A program made the position numbers and the translations under genes. From positions 2,240 through 66,239 of the forward strand of contig DATLNC010000143.1 of assembly GCA_035536935.1 (NCBI GenBank): a stretch of DNA of 64,000 bases, written 5' to 3'. Position 1 is the stretch's first letter, and each line of letters opens with the position of its first letter. The DNA is from Thermoanaerobaculia bacterium. Lineage in GTDB: Bacteria > Acidobacteriota > Thermoanaerobaculia > Multivoradales > UBA5704. Below, in pieces: positions 26,336-35,837 of the stretch. Under the pieces are notes generated by a model that worked only from the letters and a program-made list of their open reading frames with translations, was not told where the DNA came from and searched no databases.

Positions 26336-26628
26336 CTTCCGTCTCCTCTCCCTCAACCGAGGGATTAAAGGACCGTGGCTCTTCGGGCCCAGGAAACCGC
26401 CCCTGGCCCCCGTCTGCGAGCTACGACCCCGAATTCACCATCACGACGAAGCCGGTCAAGCACACCTCCGGCATGGATGTCTGAAGACGGAGCTCTTTTG
26501 AAGTCCTGCCTGTAAGAAAGAATCTGGCTCCTACTAAAGCTTGGTACAGGAGAGGGGGCGAAGCGAGCCGGTCCGCGAAAAATTCCCCGGAATATTTTTC
26601 GAGACCCCCGGAGAGTAAGATCCCGCCC

Positions 26629-28026
26629 ATGAGACACAGGCCATGGGTCGCCAGCGTGGTCATGACGATCGCGCTCGTGGGGTCGGGTGCCGAGCTGGGA
26701 GCGCTGGACGTCTCCGAAATCGACCGCCTCATCGAGCGCAACGTCCAGGAGGGGCATCTCGTCGGCCTCTCCGTCGCAGTGATGCATCAAGGCCGGATCG
26801 TGCTGGCCAAGGGCTACGGCGTCCGCTCCCTGGAGACGCGTGAGCCGGTCACGCCCGACACCCTGTTCGCCGCCGGCTCCCTCACCAAGCAGTTCACCTG
26901 CGCCGCCGCCCTCCTCCTGGCCGAGGAAGGGAAGCTCTCGCTGGACGACCGGGTCGCCAAGTACGAGCCCGGGCTAACCCGCGCTGCCGACATCACGCTG
27001 CTCGACCTCGGCCAGCACGTCGCCGGCTACCGCGACTACTACCCCCTGGACTTCGTGGACCGGCCCATGGCCCAGGCGAGGCCCACGGACGGAATCATTC
27101 AGGAATTCGCGAAAAGACCGCTCGACTTCGAGCCGGGCACGCGCTGGTCCTACAGCAACACGGGCTACCTGATCCTCGGCCGGGTCGTGGAAAAAGTCTC
27201 CGGCGAGCCATTCGGGAGCTTTCTCGGCCGGCGGATCCTCCAACCGCTGGGCATGAGTCACACCCGGTACGAGCCGAAGAGGGACGAGCCCGGTCTCGCG
27301 GAGGGCTACACCTCTTTCGGACTGGGCGCGCCCCAACCGGCCGTCCCCGAGGGGGAAGGCTGGCTCGCCATGGCGGCCGGCCTCTGGTCCACCCCCAAGG
27401 ACCTGCTCGCCTGGGACCTCGCCCTGATGGACGGGAAGATCCTTTCCGAAGCCTCTTACCGGACGATGACCACGCCGCGCCGGCTCGCGGACGGACGCGC
27501 CACCAACTACGGCTGTGGCCAGTTCGTCCGCGACCGGGACGCCGCGCTCGTCCTCACCCACGAGGGGATCGTGGGCGGCTTCAACGCCTGGAACGCGATC
27601 GTGCCGGCCACGAGGTCCGGGGTCGTCCTCCTGGCGAATGCGGACTTCGGAGTGAGCCGTCCGCTTCGGGAAGCCATCCTCGCGAAGCTGCTCCCGCCGC
27701 CGGCGGAGGACATCCCCGCCATAAAGGGGCTGCCGGCCAAGGAAGCCGCGATGGCGCTCCTGCGCCAGCTCCGGGCAGGCAAGGTCGACCGCGCCACTCT
27801 CGGGGAGGAGTACGACGCCTGGCTGACTCCGGAGAGGATGGCCTCCGCCCTCCCGGAGAAGGGCGAAGTGAGCGAAATGGAAGTGGCCGACGTCTACGAG
27901 CGGGGCGGCATGGAAGTGGCGAAGCTCCGCTTCCGGATCGGGAGCGTGCCGGCCGAGGCCCTGATGTACCGGACGCCGGACGGCAAGATCCAGGAGTTCT
28001 TGTTCTACCCGCGGGAGCCTCTGTAA
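26629..28026 (+). CDS. serine hydrolase, beta-lactamase/transpeptidase-like family
   Basis: 465 aa with a signal peptide, an SxxK motif (SLTKQF) and a YSN motif (WSYSNTGY). Confidence 0.88.
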   Translation: MRHRPWVASVVMTIALVGSGAELGALDVSEIDRLIERNVQEGHLVGLSVAVMHQGRIVLAKGYGVRSLETREPVTPDTLFAAGSLTKQFTCAAALLLAEEGKLSLDDRVAKYEPGLTRAADITLLDLGQHVAGYRDYYPLDFVDRPMAQARPTDGIIQEFAKRPLDFEPGTRWSYSNTGYLILGRVVEKVSGEPFGSFLGRRILQPLGMSHTRYEPKRDEPGLAEGYTSFGLGAPQPAVPEGEGWLAMAAGLWSTPKDLLAWDLALMDGKILSEASYRTMTTPRRLADGRATNYGCGQFVRDRDAALVLTHEGIVGGFNAWNAIVPATRSGVVLLANADFGVSRPLREAILAKLLPPPAEDIPAIKGLPAKEAAMALLRQLRAGKVDRATLGEEYDAWLTPERMASALPEKGEVSEMEVADVYERGGMEVAKLRFRIGSVPAEALMYRTPDGKIQEFLFYPREPL

Positions 28027-28090
28027 CAAAGGCGGCCGGTTCGCGTCATCACTTATCAAGAGTTTCCTCTGTGCCGAGATCTCTATTTCG

Positions 28091-28119
28091 TTGACCCTCG
28101 GGAAAGCCACTCCTAGCAT
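28091..28119 (+). promoter_or_regulatory. candidate sigma70-type promoter of the CHASE2-caspase-CHAT operon
   Basis: TTGACC (28091-28096), N17, TAGCAT (28114-28119), about 60 nt upstream of ATG 28180. Motif match only. Confidence 0.3.
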
Positions 28120-28179
28120 CATGAGAGCTTGGGTTCATTCAGGACCGGCCTCTTTTTGCATTGCGGCGGGGAATCGTTG

Positions 28180-29616
28180 ATGTCTGTCCGGCGGTCGAAG
28201 TCGAAGTCCCGATCCTCTGCCGCTGGCGCCAGTGCGCGGCGCAAGGCTCGCCCGAACAACGTCCCGGTCCCTCCCTCCGTACCGGAGCCGGCGCGCTCTC
28301 GGCAAAAGGTCTCGAGGGCGTTCCTCCGGGGCTTCGCGGCGAGCCTGGCTATCGCTCTGGGCATCGAGGCCGCCCTCCACCTCCTCCACCATCACTACTC
28401 GCAGATCCAGGAGATCGAGGATCGGGCTCTCGACTGGACGGTTGCTCTCTCCCGGGGAATGGCGCCTTCCCGCAAGGACCCGGTGCCATTCACCTTCCTG
28501 GACATCGACGAGCGAACCTACCGGGACTGGAACGAGCCGGCGCTGGTCCCCCGGGACAAGCTGCGCAGGATGATCGAGACGGTGGCATCGGCATGCCCCC
28601 GGGTTCTGGTGGTGGACGTGGATTTGACGCGGAGCGTGGACCCGGCCGCGGACGCAGCCCTTCTCCGCTCGCTGCGCAAGGCGGCATTCCCGCCTCACGG
28701 CTGCAAATCCCTGCCGCTCCTCATCTTCCCGGCCGCCCTACGGAACCCGGCCGGGGAGAGCGGCTCTCTCTTCGTGCGACCCTCATTCCTCGAGGCCTCT
28801 CTGGCCGGGATCCCCAACATCGTTTGGGCCTCACCGCTGTTCGACCGGGCGTCCGACTGGCAGATCCGCCGTTGGCGGCTCTGGGAGAGGATCCCCCCGA
28901 AACGGGATGGATCTCCCGAGGTGATGCCTTCAATCCAGATCCTCGTCGCGGCTGCGGTCCTCGAGCCCGAGACTCCGCTTCCCCAGATCATGGAGCGGAT
29001 CCGCTCGGCGGTGCTGGAAGAGAAACCGGAGGTGCGCATCGGCAGGCTGGAGCTGTCGGTGAAGCCGTCCCGGCTCAACCAGAGGATCGCCTACCGGTAT
29101 CCCGCGGAGCTGCGGGAGGGCGAGGCCTACCCCAGAGACCCGGCGACCGGCCGCGAGCTGTTGAGCGTGATCCCGGCTTACCCTCTGCTCCGGCGGGAGC
29201 AGGTGAGCCCGGATCTGTTCCGCGGCCGGATCGTGGTGATCGGCGGGAGTTTCGAGGAGGGGCGCGACGTCTACCGGACGCCGCTCGGCCCCATGCCGGG
29301 AGCCCTGATCCTGATCAACTCCATGGACTCGCTGCTGGAGCACGGCGAGATCGGGCTGCCGCCGCCAACCCTGCGATACGGTCTTCTCGCCGCTTCGGTG
29401 CTGGTCATGAGCCTGATCTTCTCCTCGTTCCCGCCCCGCAAGGCTGCCCTGATCGCCGCCGCCGTGTTGATCCTGGGGCTTCTCCCTCTCAGCGTGTTCC
29501 TGTTCCGGGGTGGATACTGGCTCGACTTCGCCGTGCCTGCAATCGCCGTCTTCCTGCACCGGCTGGCGGCGGACGTCGAAGGCATTTTCCATCGCAAGCA
29601 TGCGGAGACTCATTGA
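28180..29616 (+). CDS. stand-alone CHASE2 sensor-domain membrane protein (no output domain)
   Basis: It has a basic N-terminus and one TM helix (FAASLAIALGIEAAL). A CHASE2-type periplasmic region contains LVVDVDL and RIVVIGGSFEEGRDVYRTPLGPMPGALILINSMDSLL. Three C-terminal TM helices follow, then about 20 residues and the stop. ATG 28180 is preferred to TTG 28129. Confidence 0.8.
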   Translation: MSVRRSKSKSRSSAAGASARRKARPNNVPVPPSVPEPARSRQKVSRAFLRGFAASLAIALGIEAALHLLHHHYSQIQEIEDRALDWTVALSRGMAPSRKDPVPFTFLDIDERTYRDWNEPALVPRDKLRRMIETVASACPRVLVVDVDLTRSVDPAADAALLRSLRKAAFPPHGCKSLPLLIFPAALRNPAGESGSLFVRPSFLEASLAGIPNIVWASPLFDRASDWQIRRWRLWERIPPKRDGSPEVMPSIQILVAAAVLEPETPLPQIMERIRSAVLEEKPEVRIGRLELSVKPSRLNQRIAYRYPAELREGEAYPRDPATGRELLSVIPAYPLLRREQVSPDLFRGRIVVIGGSFEEGRDVYRTPLGPMPGALILINSMDSLLEHGEIGLPPPTLRYGLLAASVLVMSLIFSSFPPRKAALIAAAVLILGLLPLSVFLFRGGYWLDFAVPAIAVFLHRLAADVEGIFHRKHAETH

Positions 29617-32579
29617 TGCGCCACCCTCTCGTCCTCCTGGCTCTGGCCCTCTGGTCGGCCCGCGCTGTCGCTGCCGGCCTGCACGTGTGCAATGTGGAGG
29701 ATGTGACGGGCCAGGGCGCCAAAGTCCAGAGGGTGGACGGTCGCACCGATCCCCTCCTCCCCTATACACCCCTGGTGAACGGCGACCGTATCGTGATCCA
29801 GGGCTCCGCCCAGGTGACGGTGCGCTGCGGCAGCCAGACGCATGTCCTGACCCAGGACAAGGACCCGGTCTGGACAGCCCACAGCGGAGACGCTCCCCCC
29901 GGCCGTATCGCAAACCTGATGGCCTGGATCAATGAGCTCTTCAGCACGGCGGAGCAGCACGGCGCTTCGGTCGCCAGCCTGCACATCCGCGGCGACAAGG
30001 AACCGCCATCGCTCCCACTGCTCGCCGGCGCGGACGGCGCGTTCGCCGCGGGCCGGACCTCCCTGGCCCTGGCTTGGACCGGCGGCGCTGCTCCCTACTC
30101 CGTCCGGGTTTACCGTGCCGCCGACGGTCTCACGGTGCTCGCCGCCGAGCAGGTCTCTGAGCTCCGGACCCTCCTCCGCGGGAAGGAGCCGGTCGCCCCC
30201 GGCCGCTATGAGCTGGAGGTCCGCGACTCGCTCGGCAGGACCGCCGGCGCCCCCCTGGAGGCTCTGAGGTCCGAGGCCCTGCCCGAGGTACCCGCGGCCT
30301 TCGCTCCCAACGGTGAGAAGGACCTCGTCGGCCGCACGATCGAGGCGGCCTGGCTGGCGGCGCACGCGGACGGGCGTCTGGCTCTGGAGGCCTATCAGCG
30401 GGTGGCGGAGATGGCGCTCTCGCACGACGCCGCCCGCCGTCTGCGGGACGCCTTCGAGGCCGGGCTGCGTCCCACCCCTCCGCCGCCGCTGCCGGATGAG
30501 GGTCGCGCCCCCGGACGCGCCCTCCTGATCGGCTGTACCCGCTATCCCAACCTGGACCCGAAGCGGTGGCTGGAGGGGGGCGAGAACGACGCGCTCCTGA
30601 TGCGGGATCTCCTGACCGGCAGATCCTTCCGCTTCGATCCGGCGAAGGTCTCGGTTCTGGCGGGATGGCCGGCCGATCCCCGGTTGCGGCCGACGCGCGA
30701 GAACATCGTCAGGCAGATCGAGCGGCTGACCTCGGCCGTGATTCCCGGGGAGATCGTCGTCCTGTTCCTGGCCGGACACGGCAGCCAGGAGCCTTCGGAT
30801 GGATCGCCGGACGACCCTGAGCCCGACGGCTTGGATGAGATCTTCCTGCCGGCCGACGTCAAGGGTTGGAACGGGCGACAGGGACAGGTCGAGAATGCCA
30901 TCCGCGACGACGAGATCCGCCATTGGGTTGAGGCGCTCCGCGGCCGCGGGGCGCTCGTCTGGCTCCTGGCCGACGCCTGCCATTCGGGGACTCTGCTGCG
31001 CGGAGCCCCGGCCGAGGTGGAGCGGGAGAGGCGGCTCCCACCGGATCTCCTGGTGCCGCCAGAGGTGCTTGCCGTGGCCCGGAGGCACATTTTAAACGAC
31101 GCCCCGGTAGACTCGGGTGTCTTGGACGTCCCGACCGGAGCCGGGAACATCGTCGCCCTCTACGCCTCCCGGCCGGAAGAGACGACGCCAGAGATGCGCC
31201 TGCCCGATCCGGAGAGCCCCTGGCACGGCCTCCTGACGTGGACGGTGGCCGAGACCCTCAGCCAGAGCGAGAGCCCGCTGACCTACCGCGAGCTCGCCGA
31301 AAGGGTCACCGCCCGCTACCGGGCCATGCCCCGCTTCTCACCGAATCCCATGATCGTGGGAGACCTGGACCGCAAGGTTCTCGGGCTCGAGTCGTGGCCG
31401 GAGAGGCCGAGGATCCTTCTCGCCGGCGAAGCTCCGGAAGCGCCGGGCAAGCTCCGCGTCCGCGCCGGAAGCCTGCTTGGTATACGCCCCGGAAGCGTGC
31501 TCCGGGTCTACCCTCCCGCGGGGGCGCCCCAGGCCGACCGTGCTCTCGGGCATGTTCGGATCGTGAGCGCCGGAGCGCTGGAGGCACTGGCGGAACCCGT
31601 CTCCTTTGATGGGCTGCCGGCGCCTGCCTCGCTGCCCCCAGGCTCACGGAGCTCGCCGGTGTTCCTGGACTACGGCGATCTGACCCTGAAGGTGGCCGTC
31701 CAGGTCCAGGAGCCCGCGCCGCCAGGGAGAGTCGGGCCGGAGCCGGTCACCCAGGTCCCGGGGGCTGGACCATCCGAGATCGAGGCGGCGCTGGCGGGTA
31801 TGCCGCGCCTGGTGGAACGGGTCGCCGATCCCGCGAGGGCGGACTGGTTCGTGCGCCAGCGCGGCACGGAGATCCTCCTGGTCCCGGCCTCAGGCTGGCC
31901 GGGCATGGTGGAGCCCCAGGGATTTGCGGTCGGCCTCGCCGGCAACGCGGCTCGGGAGCTTTCCGGCGCTCTCCAGAGGATCGCCCGCGCTCACGCCCTT
32001 CTCGCGGTCGCCGGAGAGGCTCTGCGCGGCGGCGGCCGTGCGGAGCGTGCGGAGGAGGTTGGCGTTCGCCTCGACCTCCTCCGTTTCCCGAAGGATGGAA
32101 GCGGACCAGGCGAGTCCGTCTCTTTCGAGAGGAACGGGCGCATCCTCCGGCTCGGCGACCGCGTGGCCTTCCGGATCGCCAATCCATACCTTCATCCCGT
32201 GGACGTGACGCTCCTCTTCATCGACAGCACCTACGGCATCGAGCCTTTCTATCCCCGGGCCGGCGAATACAACCGGCTGGGTCCGGGCGACTCGAGCCTC
32301 ACCGAAGTCTTCCGCGTCGAGAGGAAGGCCGCGGGGCCGGAGCAGGTGGTCGCCATCGCCGTGCGGAGCGGGAACGGCCAGCCCGTCGACTTCAGCTACC
32401 TGGCGCAGCCGGCGCTCGACCCGGCGCGGACGCGGGAGAGCAACGGCAGCGTCTCCGCGCTGGCGCAGCTCCTCGAAAGCGCCCTGTTCGGAACGGGACA
32501 GGCCCGGTCGCCGAAGGTCATGGAAGCAGAGGGATATTCGATCTCCCTCCTGAGCTGGACCACGGAGGCCGCGCCATGA
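29616..32579 (+). CDS. secreted caspase-family (peptidase C14) protein with large N- and C-terminal extensions
   Basis: ATG 29616 overlaps the CHASE2 stop (TGATG). Signal peptide is MRHPLVLLALALWSARAVAAG. Catalytic His is in FLAGHGSQ and catalytic Cys in LLADACHSG. The C-terminal beta-rich part resembles DUF4384-type caspase appendages. The portion of ORF 28161..32579 upstream of 29616 was rejected because it overlaps the CHASE2 gene out of frame. Confidence 0.88.
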   Translation: MRHPLVLLALALWSARAVAAGLHVCNVEDVTGQGAKVQRVDGRTDPLLPYTPLVNGDRIVIQGSAQVTVRCGSQTHVLTQDKDPVWTAHSGDAPPGRIANLMAWINELFSTAEQHGASVASLHIRGDKEPPSLPLLAGADGAFAAGRTSLALAWTGGAAPYSVRVYRAADGLTVLAAEQVSELRTLLRGKEPVAPGRYELEVRDSLGRTAGAPLEALRSEALPEVPAAFAPNGEKDLVGRTIEAAWLAAHADGRLALEAYQRVAEMALSHDAARRLRDAFEAGLRPTPPPPLPDEGRAPGRALLIGCTRYPNLDPKRWLEGGENDALLMRDLLTGRSFRFDPAKVSVLAGWPADPRLRPTRENIVRQIERLTSAVIPGEIVVLFLAGHGSQEPSDGSPDDPEPDGLDEIFLPADVKGWNGRQGQVENAIRDDEIRHWVEALRGRGALVWLLADACHSGTLLRGAPAEVERERRLPPDLLVPPEVLAVARRHILNDAPVDSGVLDVPTGAGNIVALYASRPEETTPEMRLPDPESPWHGLLTWTVAETLSQSESPLTYRELAERVTARYRAMPRFSPNPMIVGDLDRKVLGLESWPERPRILLAGEAPEAPGKLRVRAGSLLGIRPGSVLRVYPPAGAPQADRALGHVRIVSAGALEALAEPVSFDGLPAPASLPPGSRSSPVFLDYGDLTLKVAVQVQEPAPPGRVGPEPVTQVPGAGPSEIEAALAGMPRLVERVADPARADWFVRQRGTEILLVPASGWPGMVEPQGFAVGLAGNAARELSGALQRIARAHALLAVAGEALRGGGRAERAEEVGVRLDLLRFPKDGSGPGESVSFERNGRILRLGDRVAFRIANPYLHPVDVTLLFIDSTYGIEPFYPRAGEYNRLGPGDSSLTEVFRVERKAAGPEQVVAIAVRSGNGQPVDFSYLAQPALDPARTRESNGSVSALAQLLESALFGTGQARSPKVMEAEGYSISLLSWTTEAAP

Positions 32580-35500
32580 GGAGAACGCTCGTCCTCCTGC
32601 TGGCCGGCTCGTTCCTGCTCTCCTGCCGTCCGGTCCAGCCGCCGGCTCCACCGGGCATCCCGCCTGAAGCCCGTGCTCGGCGGGCGGACGATCTCGACGC
32701 CGAGCTGACCCGTCTCCTGGAGGGCGGCGGCCTCGCCTCGGCCGTGGAACGCTACCCCGCGGCCGTGGCCGCCCGGGAGGAGCTGCTGGCCGGCCGGCCC
32801 CTGGAGCTGGCCAGCTATCTCGACGACCTCACCGGCCGCTTCTATTTCGCGCCGGGAGCGACGCCGGAGGTCCGGAAGGTCGCGGAAACGCTGCTCTGGC
32901 GCGCGTACGAGCTGCGCCGGGCAGTCCCGGGAGAGGGGGAGCTGGCCGCGGCCTCCACTCTCTCGGACCTCGCCACCTTCTATTACGACAACGGCCAGTG
33001 GCAGCGCGCAGAGGAGCTGGAGAATCAGGCGCTGCAGATCCGCAGGGACAAGCTCCCGGCGAACGATCCCCTGGTGGCGAAGAGCCTCGGCGAACTCGGA
33101 GCCATCTACTACCGCCAGGGGCTTTACGCCAAGGCGGAGCCTCTTCTCGCAGATGCCGTCAGGATCCGGAGGCAGGCGGAGCCGCCCGATCCGCTCGCCC
33201 TGGCGGAAGCGCTCAATACGCTCGCCGAGGTCTATCGCGCGCGGGACCGCTACGGCGACGCCGAGGAGCTCTTCCGGGAAGCTCTGACGCTGGCCCGGCC
33301 GGCGGAGGGCGACGAAGCCCCGCTCGTCGCCGAGATCCTGAACAACCTGGCCGGGGTATACAGAGACCAGAGCCGCTACGAGGAGGTCGAGCCGCTCCTC
33401 GCCCAGACCCTGGCGATCCGGGAGCGCCATGCCGGCGACGACCCTGTGAGCCTGGTCCTCGCCTACCTGAATCAGGCGGACATCTTCCGTCTCCAGGGCC
33501 GCTATACCGAGGCCGAGAGCCTCTCCGTGCAGGCTCTGGAGAGGGGCCGCGAGCTCCTCTCTCCCGACGATCCCAATCTCGCCTGGTACCTCGACCAGGT
33601 CGGGCAGGCCTACGCCGAGGCCGGCCGGTACGACAAAGCCGAGCCGCTCTACAAAGAGGCGATAGTCGTGGTCGAGCGCACCCTGCCGCCGGACCATCCG
33701 CTGACCGCGCAGGTTCTGAACGACTTCGCCCGCATGCTCCGCCTCGCCGGGCGCTGGCACGAGGCCGAGCAGCACTACCTGCGAGCGCTCGGCATCCGCC
33801 AGCGGGCCCTCGGCGATCATCCCGAGACCGCCACGACCATGACCCAGCTCGCCCGCTGCCTCTTCCTGGAGAACGACGACGGCCGCGCCATGGAGCTGGC
33901 CGAGAAGGCTCTCGGGGTCCTGACGAAGACCAGCGCCTATCCCGAGGCCCGGGTCGACGCCCAGGCGCTGAAGGCGGAGATCCTGAAGCGCCGCGGAGAT
34001 GCCGGTTCCGCCATCGCCGCCCTGGCCGATGCCCTGTCCGGCGTGGAGGACCTGCGCCCGCACACCGGCGGCGACGAGCGGCTCCGGGCCGAGTTCCTGG
34101 GCCGCTATCTCGGCTACTTCAACGAGATGGTGGCCTGGCAGGTCGAGGCCGGAGATCCGGCCCGGGCTCTGGAGTACGCGGAGCGCGCCCGCGCCCGGGT
34201 GCTGCTCGACCAGCTCGCCGCCGGGCGCGTGGACCTGCTGCGCGGGATTCCGGCCGAGGTGCTCCAGCCTCTGGAGCGGCGCCGGTCGGAGCTGCGCGCC
34301 GTGCTCGCCGAGCACCAGCGGCGCCTCACCCTGCTCTCGTCGCGGACGGACCTCTCCGAGGAAGAACGGCTGCGCCAGACCGCGGAGCTGGAGAGGCAGA
34401 TCGACGAGGCGAGCCGCGAGCACCAGCGGGTGCTCAACGAGATCCGCAACGCCAGCCCCCTGTGGAGCGAGGTGATCACCGCCGGCGGCCAGCCGGTGCC
34501 CATTCCGGCCCTGCAGCGCGAGCTGACGCCGCCCGGGGGACAGTTGCTCCTCTATCAGGTCGGGGCCGAACAGAGCTTCCTGTTCGCGGTCCCGCCTCCT
34601 CCAGGCGAGATCCGTTCGTGGTCTCTGGAAGTCTCTCCGGAAGCGGCGCAGAGCCTCGGCGTTCCGGCCGGCCACCTCACCTCGGACAAGCTCGACGAAG
34701 TCCTCACGGGCAGCCGTGGCGCCGGCGCCAGCCTGGTCCAGATCCTGGGGACCAGCCGCGGCAGCCTGGAGCCGGAGAAGCCGTTCCCGGCGGCCGAGGA
34801 GATCCTGACCCGGCGCCTGCACGCGCTCTGGAGAGTCCTCGTTCCTGCGGACCTGTGGCCGCAGCTGCGGCGAGCCTCGGAAGTGGTCCTCGTTCCGGAC
34901 GGAGGGCTGCATCGCCTGCCGTTCGAAGCGCTGGTCGTCTCGCCGGGTTCGGGCGCGGTCCGCTACTGGCTGGACGACGGCCCGGTCGTGCGCTATGCCC
35001 CCTCGGCCACCGCCCTCTACAACGTCCGCAGGAAGGAGAACCGGAGCGCCGGCGGCGAGCGGCCCCGACTCCTGCTCATCTCGAACCCGGTCTTCGATCT
35101 GAAGGAGCTGGCGGCCGTCGAAGCTCCCTCCCGGACCCGCTACGCGCGGGCCGGCGGGAGCCTGGAGCGGCTTCCGGGTACGGCGCGGGAGGCGGAGGCC
35201 ATCCAGGGAGTCCTGCGCGGCGGAGTGGAGTCCCTCGCGGGGCTCGCCGCCACGGAATCCAGAGTGAGGGAGGCTCTCCGCGGAAACCCGAGATACCTCC
35301 ACTTCGCCACCCACGGGCTGGTCGACGAGGGGCGGAGCGAGCTTCTGGCAGCCCTCGCGCTGACGCCGCCGCCGGGAGAGGCCCCGGCCGCCGAAGACGA
35401 CGGGCTCCTCCAGCTCTTCGAAATCTACGAGCTGGACCTGGACAGCGACCTCGCGGTCCTCTCGGCGTGCAAGACCCACGCGGGCCGCCAGCTCGCAGGC

Positions 35501-35758
35501 GAGGGGGTCTTCGCCCTCTCCCGCGGCTTCCTCGCCGCCGGAGCGCGGCGGGTGGTCGCCAGCCTCTGGCCCGTCAACGACGAGTCGACCGCGGTCCTCA
35601 TGGGCAACTTCTACGGCCGGATCGCCGAGGCGGAGAGCTCCGGCCGCCGGCCGGACTACGCCCGTGCCCTGCGGGACGCGCGCCGAGCCCTGCGCAAGGA
35701 ACCGCGCTGGTCCGCTCCCTACCACTGGGCCCCCTTCGTCCTCTCCGGGGAACCGTGA
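32576..35758 (+). CDS. TPR-repeat CHAT-domain protease, predicted lipoprotein
   Basis: ATGA overlap with the caspase stop. Lipoprotein-like signal is MRRTLVLLLAGSFLLSC. About 10 TPR units (LNNLAGVYRDQSRYEEVEPL and similar) and a coiled-coil segment follow. The CHAT core carries RYLHFATHG and DLAVLSACKT. Confidence 0.9.
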   Translation: MRRTLVLLLAGSFLLSCRPVQPPAPPGIPPEARARRADDLDAELTRLLEGGGLASAVERYPAAVAAREELLAGRPLELASYLDDLTGRFYFAPGATPEVRKVAETLLWRAYELRRAVPGEGELAAASTLSDLATFYYDNGQWQRAEELENQALQIRRDKLPANDPLVAKSLGELGAIYYRQGLYAKAEPLLADAVRIRRQAEPPDPLALAEALNTLAEVYRARDRYGDAEELFREALTLARPAEGDEAPLVAEILNNLAGVYRDQSRYEEVEPLLAQTLAIRERHAGDDPVSLVLAYLNQADIFRLQGRYTEAESLSVQALERGRELLSPDDPNLAWYLDQVGQAYAEAGRYDKAEPLYKEAIVVVERTLPPDHPLTAQVLNDFARMLRLAGRWHEAEQHYLRALGIRQRALGDHPETATTMTQLARCLFLENDDGRAMELAEKALGVLTKTSAYPEARVDAQALKAEILKRRGDAGSAIAALADALSGVEDLRPHTGGDERLRAEFLGRYLGYFNEMVAWQVEAGDPARALEYAERARARVLLDQLAAGRVDLLRGIPAEVLQPLERRRSELRAVLAEHQRRLTLLSSRTDLSEEERLRQTAELERQIDEASREHQRVLNEIRNASPLWSEVITAGGQPVPIPALQRELTPPGGQLLLYQVGAEQSFLFAVPPPPGEIRSWSLEVSPEAAQSLGVPAGHLTSDKLDEVLTGSRGAGASLVQILGTSRGSLEPEKPFPAAEEILTRRLHALWRVLVPADLWPQLRRASEVVLVPDGGLHRLPFEALVVSPGSGAVRYWLDDGPVVRYAPSATALYNVRRKENRSAGGERPRLLLISNPVFDLKELAAVEAPSRTRYARAGGSLERLPGTAREAEAIQGVLRGGVESLAGLAATESRVREALRGNPRYLHFATHGLVDEGRSELLAALALTPPPGEAPAAEDDGLLQLFEIYELDLDSDLAVLSACKTHAGRQLAGEGVFALSRGFLAAGARRVVASLWPVNDESTAVLMGNFYGRIAEAESSGRRPDYARALRDARRALRKEPRWSAPYHWAPFVLSGEP

Positions 35759-35837
35759 GGTCAGGTCCGTCCAATGTAGATGTGGCTATTGGACACCTCG
35801 ATTCCGGCCCCATAGGCTTTAGAAAAAAGAGGCTGTC

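Noticed and set aside
28161-29615. N-terminal 485 codons of the 1472-aa ORF 28161..32579, which would make the caspase a much larger protein.
   Set aside because: This part overlaps the CHASE2 gene in another frame and is Arg/Pro/Gly junk. A clean ATG at 29616 overlaps the CHASE2 stop and is followed by a signal peptide.
32576-35758. The TPR-CHAT protein as a Csx29-like component of a type III-E CRISPR (Craspase) system.
   Set aside because: There is no Cas7-11/gRAMP gene, no other cas gene and no CRISPR array in the window. The protein starts with a lipoprotein-type export signal, which is incompatible with a cytoplasmic CRISPR effector partner.
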